DNA of 64,000 nucleotides from Raillietiella orientalis (Eukaryota), in NCBI GenBank assembly GCA_036172245.1, contig JAYWIR010000002.1, positions 1,798,001-1,862,000 of the forward strand, given 5' to 3'. Each line of letters starts with the position of its first letter. The stretch's first letter is position 1. The translations under genes were made by a program, and so were the position numbers. Below, piece by piece: positions 1 to 11,300 of the stretch. The notes below the pieces were generated by a model. It worked only from the letters and a program-made list of their open reading frames with translations. It was not told the origin of the DNA and searched no databases.

Positions 1-499
1 AAATGGCTCTCGGCCGGCAAAACATGCCGAAGAAGAACTACTTTCGAAAACAGAGATCAGTTACTTTTAAAATGTTTACTTGAAGCTTCTTTGACCCTTG
101 AAGAAACGAATGATCTCTTTGAAGGGACGAAAATTCGGTTGCCCATCCAAAAAAATCGCTGCCAATTTGAGGCCTGCAACTCTCTGCTTGCCTGGCTGGT
201 TCGCTCAGATAATTTATATGGCTGCGGCGTATTAATCCATGAATGCTACTTTTTTGAATTATCCTCACGTCTGCAATCATTAGCTTTATTCTTATGAGTT
301 CCCTGTATGAGCAAGTTCACTGAATGGAAATGAGCATCATAAAAAACGAATAGAAAACCCAGGCATGATGAAAGAATAAATATGAAAGATCATAACGTCG
401 GGGATAGCAAAGAATCGCAAAAGTCAAAAAGTACATGTACAAAACGAAAAGAACGGAGCATGTCATCACGAATTAAGAAATGCTGAAACCAGAAACAGA

Positions 500-537
500 A
501 GTATTTCATAAGTATTTCATTCCTAGTATTTCATAAG
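500..537. repeat. Short tandem repeat AGTATTTCAT x3
   Basis: Copies at 500-509, 511-520, 525-534. Confidence 0.8.
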
Positions 538-913
538 TCACAAAATTTTCGGCGTCGAGCACTTCCTAGTATCATAAATATAGATATATAAGTAGGTAGC
601 GGAAATGAGAACATTTACTTGGAGTCAAAACAAGATACATGAATAATCGGGTATTCGGCTATCTAATAGGAATGAGATATGAAAACGAAACAACCAGCAG
701 GATTTATGGGTCCAAACAAATGTAGGGATCGAACTCTGATCGCCAATAACATGCAAAAATCAGATTCTGTTTTGTTACGAGAAATGGAAACAGTGATATG
801 AGAACTGTGTGGTTTCCTAAAATTCCAGAATTCGAATTTTGAAATTTGAAAAAAACACTTCCAACACCTAAAACCATGATACCGTCGAGGCTTATAAGCG
901 GATGTACACGTTG

Positions 914-1100
914 GTACATTGGCTTAGAAGGACCGATGTCTGTGTGTGGTGAAGCTGTGTCTGTGTGCCAAAGGACCGTCTCTTCTAAGAGGAGACGGTT
1001 CTTTGGCAGCCCAACTACCGTGGTCCTCATTCGCGTACGACCAACCCGCATTTCTTAAAAGTATGCAAACAAACAAGAGAACCGAAGGAATGCAGGATAA
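914..1100. repeat. Dispersed repeat, copy 1 (homologous to 3900-4059), containing a 20-bp hairpin
   Basis: Collinear similarity: AGAAGGACC..CCAAAGGACCGTCTCTTCTAAG..CCGTGGTCCTCAT..TTTCTTAAAAGT.TGCAAACAAACAAGAGAACCG.AGGAATGCAGGATAA. Confidence 0.9.
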
Positions 1101-1839
1101 TGTAGGAGTTACATCGATGGACTGTATAAGCCTGCAATTTTCCAAAAATAAGACTTGCTCCAAGAAATCCAGTGGAGCACCTGTGCGCACGATCCTTGGG
1201 AAGGGCAAGGATTTGGCTTAATTCATACGACAAGAAATCAAATTAAATGTCTTGTACTTCATTCCTCTATTCAGATAAACACACGTTTTCATCCCTCTGA
1301 GATGATCGATCATTCATCATCAGTGATTCGGAATGCCATTTATCAAGAGGCAAGCAAAGCAAAACTTCAAGAGCCTCCATCGGCAGACACGTCTTCTCCC
1401 GAATTACCCACAAATGAACAACAAATACACCGAAAATGGAGGAATGGAGCGCAGGAAAACAAAACAAATGAGCGCTTTTCAGCCATTTTTCCTGTACCAT
1501 ATCAACCATCTGAAAACCTTAGAAGCGGACTGGTAAACTCTAGATTGTCTCTTTTCGGCGTCCAGTTAATCCGGATTTCAGTCAACACTCCATAGCCAAC
1601 ATGAAGATCTGTGACAAACACAGTGCAGGCTTTGCGGGGCGAATATCAGGTGTTAAAAAAAAACCAGCTGAATATTCCCCCCCCCCCCCCCAAAAAGGCG
1701 AACAATTCGAACGCAGAAACGGTTATGGAAAAATGAGGCAACTTCTTGACCTGTGAAAATATGCATCGAAATATGAAAAAAGAATATCCGGAACATAAAG
1801 AGGCTGAGTCATCTAGTCTTCTGACGAATAAGACCGCTT

Positions 1840-1875
1840 TCTCTCTCTATTTCTTTTCTCTCTCTCTCTCTCTCT
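1840..1875. repeat. (CT)n microsatellite, interrupted
   Basis: tctctctctatttcttttctctctctctctctctc seen directly. Confidence 0.8.
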
Positions 1876-3899
1876 TTTATGGACATCAATAAGTTTTGTC
1901 TACGGTGCTTACCCTCCATAAGGTATGACCAACACTCCCGTTATCCCAGCTGCACCAAGCACTTACTTATCTCTGTTTATTGCATCATGTCCAGAGAATA
2001 CGGCACGACTGGACATCGAGGATTCTGAATGCCGAACCCGAAAGACATAGTTGCAGCCATCAGCATGGTTGATGGTTTTAAACGGTTCCCGGCTTGATCA
2101 CAAATCGCAAGCAGTTATTCTGATCGCCCAGAGTCGGTTTGATAGGTGCAGGGCAAAGAGGGAATTCCAAACTTTAGTGCGGCTACTTGACAGTGCATCC
2201 CAGGATGCAAGAGCGGGAGAAATGGCCCGAATGCAAGACGGAGGAGACGGGAACCGGCTGGAAAGAGCCGGAAATCGCGAGACGCACGAAGAGCAGGAAG
2301 CGCCGGGAAGGACGGAAAGGCCGTCTTCGAGGAAACACCGAGGCTTCAGTTTGCCACAGCGCCGTGTTCCGAAACGCAAAGAAATCGGATCCAAAGTGAA
2401 TTCAGGAAGAGAGTCCATCTCGCTTCGGACTTTCGATTTCCGTCTGCTTTTTTTCTCGCGCGAGCGCGCCCTCCCATCCGTACCGTTTGTTTGGGCAGCA
2501 CTTCAACGCAAAAATCCCACGGCACAAAGCATTCTCAAAGCATTTCCAAATTCATCATGAATTTTTTTTTCTTGTTTTTTTTTTTAACTGCAAGCAGTGC
2601 ATCGCAATTCACCGACAAGGAATTAGAACGAGGAAGCTGTAAATGAAATGTGTTTTTTTTTTTTTTTCTTTACCTTACTGCCTGAAGACCAATAAATAGG
2701 ACACAATGAAAGTAAAAACAAAGATTGAATTTCAAAAGTCAAAGAAGTTCACTAGACCAAGAACAGAATAAGCAAGCATTTCGATGTACTCGAGAATTTA
2801 ACATTTTTTTCATTGTTCTTCACAAACAATGGATTCTTCCGTCTCCATGGAGACCTGATGTCTGAAGGCTTCCCCGCGGTCGGAAAAATTGATTCCTTAA
2901 GAAACAGGGGTGCCGCACAGAGGCAAAAAGAAAAGGGTGGTGGAAAAACCAAAAGAAAAGGGGGGGGAGGGGGCAAGTGATCCAAATTCACAATTTTTTC
3001 AAATGTTTTCCTTTTCTAAAAGCCATATTTTAGATAGATGTCTTTTGTGCAAATCGTTTCGTAACGAAAGCTTCTAAGAGCTTCTTAGAGTCAGACCAAG
3101 AGGACAAGCGTGATGCACTCGAATTTTAGAACCAGTGAACCTTCTCCCTATGAAGCTCTAGCATGAGCATTCTACATGAACTCAGTTCCGCTCCCCATTT
3201 GACGTGGTAGAAATTCAAAGTCCCATAATCGGAAAGCGGATCCTGACTAAAACCTGCACATGATCGGGTTCCAAAATCGATCGTGCAGGATCGACCGGAA
3301 GGAAAAAACAGCGAAGACAGAAGAAAAAGAACTCAAAGGATTCCCATCATCTTAGGCCAATAGTAACGATCTCCTCGTGGGGTCGCTACTGACCCTTTTA
3401 AAAAAATCGATCGTGCCTCGTTGTGGAAAGTGACAGACATAGCCCTCTCAGTGGTACAGGAATAGAAACATCTCGATTCAGCCCTTGTCCATGAGTTTGT
3501 TTGTCTGTTTTTCCGACTCCATAACGTGAAAGCATGGGAAGAATCGGAAAAGATTTCAAACATTGCAAAATTTCGTTGGCATATCGCACACACGGAAGGA
3601 ATCCCTCCAGCACACATCCCTGGAACCTCCACAGCAATCGTGCAGAATGTGGTCAGCAGCATTACAGCCGAAATGGGGATAGGCAGCAGAAAACGAAAGG
3701 CAGCATGTCTTTTTTCGCACGATGCTTCACCTGCAGCAGATTCAGCCCGAATCTGCGCTACTCTGGTATCCCGGAGCTCAGCAAGATCCAAACACCGCTG
3801 CGTACTTTCCCCATCTGAGCGATTTCAGGGATGCGTCTTCATAGAGTTTATAGAGATCCATAGTTGTTGCAGATCGTCACTGTTCGGGAAAGGCTACGT

Positions 3900-4059
3900 G
3901 TACATCCGCTCAGAAGGACCGGTGTCTGTGTACCAAAGGACCGTCTCTTCTAAGGGGAGATGGTCCAGCACAGCCCCCGTGGTCCTCATGCGTGTACAGC
4001 CAACCCACGTTTCTTAAAAGTTTGCAAACAAACAAGAGAACCGGAGGAATGCAGGATAA
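3900..4059. repeat. Dispersed repeat, copy 2 (homologous to 914-1100)
   Basis: Same orientation and same blocks as copy 1; lacks the short internal TGTCTGTGTG duplication. Confidence 0.9.
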
Positions 4060-6387
4060 CTTTGAAATCCACCTCAGTTCCCACGCTTCCTGACAAGAAA
4101 GTTCAGCTTCTTACTTTCCATGTAAACAAAGGTAACAAAAACTCTCGATTATATCACCTCATCAAAATGCAAAAAAGCACGAAATGGAATCACGCTGACT
4201 TAACATGCGTCTGATCTGATGCTACGGAGAACAATCTCTCACTGGGGTGGAAAATGTGGAAACAATCTCATAATCTCAATCTCACTGACCGTTAGTGCTG
4301 ACGTATGACTTCCAGAAGTAAGCACCCTGCAGGCAGTGAGCAACTCCGGTGTCACCTCCCGAGGAAGCGTTTAAAGAGGAAACTACCAACTGGAAACTCT
4401 CTCCACTTGGTGGGAAGTGCCGAGCCGGAGAGCGACTATTTCTTGGTGAGCCTCGCCCTTGATGAAATAATTTCCACGCATCCGAAGATTCTCGACACAT
4501 CCTGTGTCCCTGAAACGAAATTATTCGCATCCAGGAAGATCTTCAGCTTACAGACAGGCAAAGCAATCATTCCTTTGATAAATGACTGATCGTCGAACAG
4601 GTCTGAATTTTTTTCTGAAGCTCTGGAATGGTATTCGGGTGATATAAGCTGACAATCTGTTTTTCCGATTTCCGAATCCATGAGGAGTAAGAGGTTGAAA
4701 TAGGTTTGTGATCAATATCTCGACTGTAATAAATTGGAAAAAAAGCAACAACATTCATTCCAATTGCTGAATTAGCTGATCATGGGGATGGAATTTTCCA
4801 ATCCAGATGCGATGTCAGGTGGCAGAAGAAATCCATGGCGAATGTCTAGAAACCGGTACTATTTGATTGTCCCAAATACATTTCCAGATTGCATCGCTTC
4901 CCACGTCGCGGCGTCCTGATCGTACACAGAACATACAAACCATACAACCCTATAAGCAAGGAAGAAATTCTGAAGAGCGGAAAATCAAAGTTCGATGAAG
5001 TTCAAGTTCAGTGAGAAGATCACGGACCTTGAGCTAGAATGACACTGAATGGGAAAAGGGGAAAGGGCCGGTTCTTCATTTGCTCAGCCTCGGTGCCTCG
5101 AAATGTCCCATAGACTCATAGATATACAAAGGCGCTAAAGGAAAAATAGTGGACTTCTTTTCTCCTTTTTTTCCTTCTTCTTCCTTGCGAGTGAGGAATC
5201 TCAACAGCAACCCGAAAAGAAAAAAAAAATGGACAGGCGATTCCTACGGTGGCTTAATCGAGTAAAAAGGGCCTTGACAACCTTTCAGACCCAGTGCGCA
5301 AACACTGGTGCTCTGTTTAACAAACGGGATTTAACTGAGGAAGAAACCTCATCTCGAAAAAGGAAAAGTTTGCGCAAGCGGGATCAGCTTACGGGATGCG
5401 ATGCACCAACGAACGCTCCCGAGTGGAGCGACCCGAAACCGCAATCACAGCATGCAGAACGACCGAAAGTGAAGCACAGAAGAGCCCGCGCAGGACCAGA
5501 ACAAAACACTCTTTCCAGACAGCCAAATCGCGCATTCTGTCACGGGGGGATACTCCACCGAAACGGAAGCAAACAGTGCAGGACTGCGCTTTCCAGAAGA
5601 GCTTTTGGGCTGCTGCTGTTTGCTGTACAGATGGTAACACCAGGAGAATCGCTCACACGAGAAACACTCGAAGTGAACCTAAAGTTTCCATCCAATGTCG
5701 AGATTCACAGCATCCCCCCCCCCCCCCAGAGGAAATCTGACTCAAATGATTCCTCTATGAGGGAACTGGGGGTTCCTTTCGGAAACGAGTGCTCACCTTG
5801 AGGAAACGATTTCAGCAGCGCTAGATTTCGCTGGGGCGGAAAATAGATATGCTTGTATGCTCTTCCGTATGCTTGTTCTCTGTGGAAAGCGTGGCTCTGC
5901 CATTTTGCTTGAAAGTACGCGAGCCAGAAGATGTACAAGGACGTGTTACAACCACACGATGGGGGAGAGGAGGGAGGCCTCGATCGAGCTGGATCGTTCC
6001 AGATCCATCGACTATCGAAAGAATCAAAAATAAGTCAGGGGACACATCTCAAAAAGACTTCCACTAACCGAGCGCTATGGTAAACGAAGTGAACATCTGG
6101 AAACATGGGAACGAAGTAAAAGAAAACCGCCTCTTCCCACTGCTTCCCACCCCCTCCGATCTTGAAATCCATCCAAAATACATGATTTTCTATTTCGCCA
6201 CAGCACAGACTTTGATTTTCCGTTATTTTAGGCGGGAGGATCGATACTCCTTCGAGCAGCTGTAGTAGTGGCTGACGAAACTCCTATCACCAGCAAAAAG
6301 CACATTCCTGCCTTGGGGAGAGCTTCCCATGGGACTCACCTCTCAACGAAATGCAACGCATGCACACGCGCAAAGGCATACACAATA

Positions 6388-6452
6388 ATAACAAGAAATA
6401 GATGCACAGGTGTATAAAATACAGTTACACCTATGCATCTATTTCTTGTTAT
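6388..6452 (-). ncRNA. Candidate pre-miRNA-like hairpin / foldback (27-bp stem, 11-nt loop)
   Basis: ATAACAAGAAATAGATGCACAGGTGTA-TAAAATACAGT-TACACCTATGCATCTATTTCTTGTTAT. The single C/A mismatch becomes a G-U pair on the minus strand. The inverted repeat is certain; RNA function is not. Confidence 0.3.
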
Positions 6453-8114
6453 GCCTATCGAAGGTTTAAGGGCGTCCCACAGTTCCTTCAGGTATCCCAG
6501 GTCGCCGTGACTGCTCACTTGCTGAAGGGGGAAAGCTGGGAACGCTGATGCTCTGTGCACTCGCGTGGCACTTGCTACAAATCCGTGGATCGCTGTGCTC
6601 AGCGAAAAGTGGAGAAAATCGATCCGCCTGCTGGAAAAAAAGGAATTTTCTGCTCCCTTAGAACTGAATTCTCAAGGTGTGCCTCGTTGCCGAGAGGAAC
6701 ACACCCAATGTGCGACGGTCCGAATGTACTGACCACTTGAGTATTTGCCCGGTAAAAAGTCGCTCTCCAAGCATGACCAGCCACAGCGTAGCCACAACCT
6801 GACCCTAGTAAAACCGCGTGACGAGCACAAATAGAAGAATGCTCGAATCCAGCGGAGAGAGAATCGAAGTATAGGGAAACGAACACGGCAACCCTTAAGC
6901 TTCTGTAAACAGGAGATGGTTGGAAAAAAAGAAAAGAAAAAAGCGATAGACAAACGGTAACGTATGTTGCAGATGCGTGTTCGTGATTGGGAAAATCATT
7001 TTTCATTTTCCGAAAATGCACCCGTCTTATACAGAAAAAAAAAAAATCCATATATACGGAAGACGTGGTTCCGATGCTGAGCCCACCCAACATCAAAACC
7101 CATGCAGGCAGCGGAAGGCGATGACCCTCACGCCCCTACTGGGGTAGGCATGCGCACGACGCACGCGGTCGTTCGAGGTGGATCGATTCTCGGCGTCTGC
7201 AACGCAGCAGACGGAACACTCCCAATTTGCCAGCCAATAACTCGTAGGTTGCGAGCTCCGAGCACCGCCAATGGAGAATTGATCGAGCGGTGCTGCAGAT
7301 GTTTGGTTGGATGCTTCCGTGATCTCCAATGTGATGAGCAATTCGCAGAGAACTACGCGGCTGACACAAATCACAGTCCTGCGTTAACTGAGTTTCGTGA
7401 GCACTGCTCACGTCTTAGACAACCACGGCTGATCTGCTTGGTTCGTGTTGGCTCCACCACCCGGTGGCTCCTGGCTGACGAAGACTTTCCGTTTCCTAGA
7501 AACCCTTCGAAGGCAACCGACTGGCCACTGGTCTTTCGTGCTAAAAAAAAACAAAAGGGGGGGGGGAGAAGGATTCTTGAGCTTCGTCCGATGCACAACT
7601 GTGCTGCACGGAGCGAACAGGAAAACTGAGTCCTCGCGGGTCCCTGCAATTCTGCCTTCGAAGAGGAAACCTGGAATTTTTCACACTCGAATCACATTCT
7701 AGAACCAGTGATGGAATTCGGGGGTCAAGCAAAGAAACGGAAAAGGAGAAGTGTTATGGGTGAAAGGCAAACTGCGACGTCCTTAAGCGTCGAACGAAAA
7801 GAACAGAATTGATCGTAGACGAGATTTTCCGGCCTTGAGTGGGAGGCAAGCAACGTCCTGGATGGTTTCCTTGCGGTCCAATGTGCGGGAAAATAGATCA
7901 AATCATCGAAATAAAAACATGAACACAGGGAGGGCAACGAGAGAAAAACATACGAAGAAACAGTTCTGCATTAAAAAGAAAAAGCATCTTGGAATGCTTA
8001 AGTTACTGAGTTTTCGAATTACGGAGCTTCCCCTCCGACAGCATAATTTTTTTTTTTTCAGCTTTGCAAGCTACAAAAACATCAGCTGAAACGCACATCT
8101 GGTAACTGAAAATC

Positions 8115-8120
8115 TTTATT
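8115..8120 (-). terminator. Probable polyadenylation signal of tankyrase (AATAAA)
   Basis: TTTATT on the + strand, ~240 nt downstream of the tankyrase stop codon. Confidence 0.5.
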
Positions 8121-8362
8121 TAGTCACTTCATCATTTGGGATTGTAACTATAAAAAATATAGTTTTAAATACAAAAGCAACGACCTTGAACTTATTGTAA
8201 ATATCACAGACGGGAGAAAATTCTAGTCCTCACATGAATTGGGTGAGGATTCTTGGATAATTCCATAGTAACGCTGATAATCTACACAACTTCAGCTACT
8301 TACTACACAAACATGCTTAACAAGCCATATTTTAAATTACTGCAATGCTTTTTTGATTTCGA

Positions 8363-11300
8363 TCAGCTAGGAACCAACGTGTACGTGATGATATACTCAG
8401 GATATGCCTGAAACAGAAAGCAAGTCTTAAATTTTCATAGAGCCACAATCTCCTTTTAAAAATTCATTTTGGAAAGAGAATTTTCAACACTGTTACAAAG
8501 TTTCGGGAAGTCTGACGAAATTTAAAAATGAGAAGCACTCACCTGTTCACCACGATACACAACGTACTCAGGAAAGCTTAAGCCCCCGGGCTGTGGGCGA
8601 CCAACAACCGAATGATGCCCTGGTGGTGAATGGGCCATTTTAACAGCACTACACTGAAGAAATGACTTGCCCAGGGTCACGCGACAAAACAGAAGCTGCC
8701 TAAAAGCAAATTGTGGATGCCATGCCGATTACACACAGATGTACCTTTGGCAAACAGAGCAATTCTTATCTTTGTGAATGGAACACCCTGTAGCCCCAGC
8801 AAATCTGCAAACATACTGATTGCTCTTGGAGGAATGTTCGGCAAAATACAAACCTGGAAAACATTTAGGTATTTGTAGGACCGCAGCATTTTGCAGTTCC
8901 GCAAAATTACATAGAGGCTGAGAAGACAGCCAAAACTGACTGAAGTAGATTAAGACAAGAAAATCATAGAGGGCTCATACAAGAATAGCTAACTGCTTTT
9001 TTCGTTAGAAAAACATCGTTTGCTTTGACGCAAAGTTCTATCGTTCGGAACTGGTTACGGCTTGGCAGCAAGGGTCGATATGTAATAACCTCCTTGATTT
9101 TTAATTATAAATGATTTTCCATTACAATTTGGCTCGAAATGATCTCATGTAACTAGTAACGCCGTGCAATTGCTAAATTGAATATGATTTACACGACATG
9201 TGGACACACTTTGCTGAAAATACCGACTTACGCCGCACGTAATGTCACCTCCACGCACATAACACACACAAGAAAAAGAAACTACATAAATAAAAGCTAG
9301 AATCTTGCAATTTTTCTTGAATTTCAAAATCAATACGTCAGTCAGGGTAAAAGCTTGCCAAAAAATGCTAAAATACACACCCGCACCAAACATTCCTCCA
9401 ATATATGCATGACGCTCATCAAAACCTTTGTGTATTATGTTAGAAATAAATGGTGATCCATGGAACAGCATCCGTTCATTGGGATATCCATTGTTTTCTT
9501 CTTTAACTTGTTGCTGACGCAGCATATACCTTTCCCAAAGTCTGGCGTTATGTATTCTTTGTATCTAAAATGAAATACAAACCCAGCTCGTGAAAACCTC
9601 GAAAAAAACCTTTATAATATTGTAGCGAGAAAATGGATTTCCATTCTTATGCATCTGGATGGTGCATTGCATTTCCTGTTCTACTGCTTGATATTCAAAG
9701 TCATCACTAGATAACTCCAGGAGCACAGATCCCTTTGTTTCATCCTGACCAGTAACTGACAACAATCATGAGCATCAAATTCCCAACAAGTTACCCATCA
9801 TTGCACAGAGTCTTTTGGAAGCACGCATTAAACGATGACGATGACCATATGCTGAAATGCCCACTTGTTTCAGATCATCATGGCTCATTTCTGACAGAAC
9901 TTCAGGAGTTATCTGCTCCCTTTCAAACAATTTAGTGAACTGTGGAAGTCCCAAGCTATGATATTAAGGGTGAATGATTGACAGCTCAGCAGTTTACTAT
10001 ACTTTACACTTTGAGGAACGAATGAATTGATGCATCTGTAGATATTTGTGAAAGTTTGGAGAAATCTGCACATCCATCCCCAGGAAATGGATTACCTCCT
10101 TGAGCAACAGAAAATGCAATTGATTCTGAGAGGCAAATTTCACGCAATGAACATGAATTGGAACCTGTAGATAAAGCTGCCACATTCCCGGAGGAACTGC
10201 CATCTGCAGGGCAATAATTATGATGAGAGTTAATTGAACATGACTGTCTCGACACGGTAACAGGTTGGATATGAGAGGGCATGGCATCAAGAAGAAGGTA
10301 TTCAACATCTTCAGCACTTGCAACGTCTAATGGGGTTTGATTCTCCTGATTTCTGAGCATTGGATCAGCACCATGTGACAGCTACATAGTAAAAGATAAC
10401 ATTTGAAAGCAAAAATAAACAATATTACTAAGAGAGCACACATCTGTGTGCGACCCTTTTGAGCAGCTTCATGCAGAGGGGTGAAACCCCAAAGATCAGT
10501 CGAGTTAACTTGGGAGCCATGCTTAATAAGTAATGCTGCCACTTCAAGATGCCCATAAGATGCAGCATTATGCAAAGGAATCAACCCTCCTTTGTCTTGT
10601 GCATTGACATCAGCTCCACTTTCCAAAAGGAATTGCAGAACTTCATAGTTATTATAACCAGCTATAAGCAGCATTAAGCTTAGTGCTCTATGCACATATA
10701 TCCTTACCAGACAAATGTAAGGGCGTCGAGTTCCTGCCTTGAGTATCTTTGCAATTCACATTTTCTTTTGTCAGTAATTTTTCTACTCTTGCTAAAGATC
10801 CTTTTTTGGAAGCATCCAGAAGTGAGGCATTTCCTCTCATCAAATCAATAATATCTTCATCATCATCTCTAACTAATTCTAATGGAGTGCGACCATCTTT
10901 GTTTTTTTTATTTGGATCAGCTCCATGCTGAAATTTGGAGGATGGATTAACATTTTGAATTTATACTTGGGGAATAAGTTGCTTTTAAAAAAATGATTCT
11001 ATCACAAACAATAAAAAACAATCTTTTTTTCTCCCGCCGATGCTACTGTTAAACTGAAAATGAAATAAGACTTTCACTATTTAATTGGATTTCATTGATG
11101 TCAACCAAAATCCTCACTTCATAAATCTGATAATCCTATGTACCTAAAACTGCATTTTAAATCAGCTGCGCAACTGTGGAAAGCAAATACAAATTGTGTA
11201 AGAAACTTTAGTAGTATTACCCGTAACTTTCACAGACTGACAACTTTCCACTTATATAAAAAAATGTGAAAAAAACTGAGAGGAAACACAAAAGAATATT

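Noticed and set aside
4286..4326. Minus-strand micro-exon candidate (GAYFWKSYVSTNG), and a similar one near 1913-1949
   Set aside because: Splice-like ends but too short to assess, with weak pyrimidine tracts and no recognisable product.
7102..7629. 175-aa plus-strand ORF starting MQAAEGDD
   Set aside because: No recognisable motif, runs through homopolymer tracts, no supporting exon structure.
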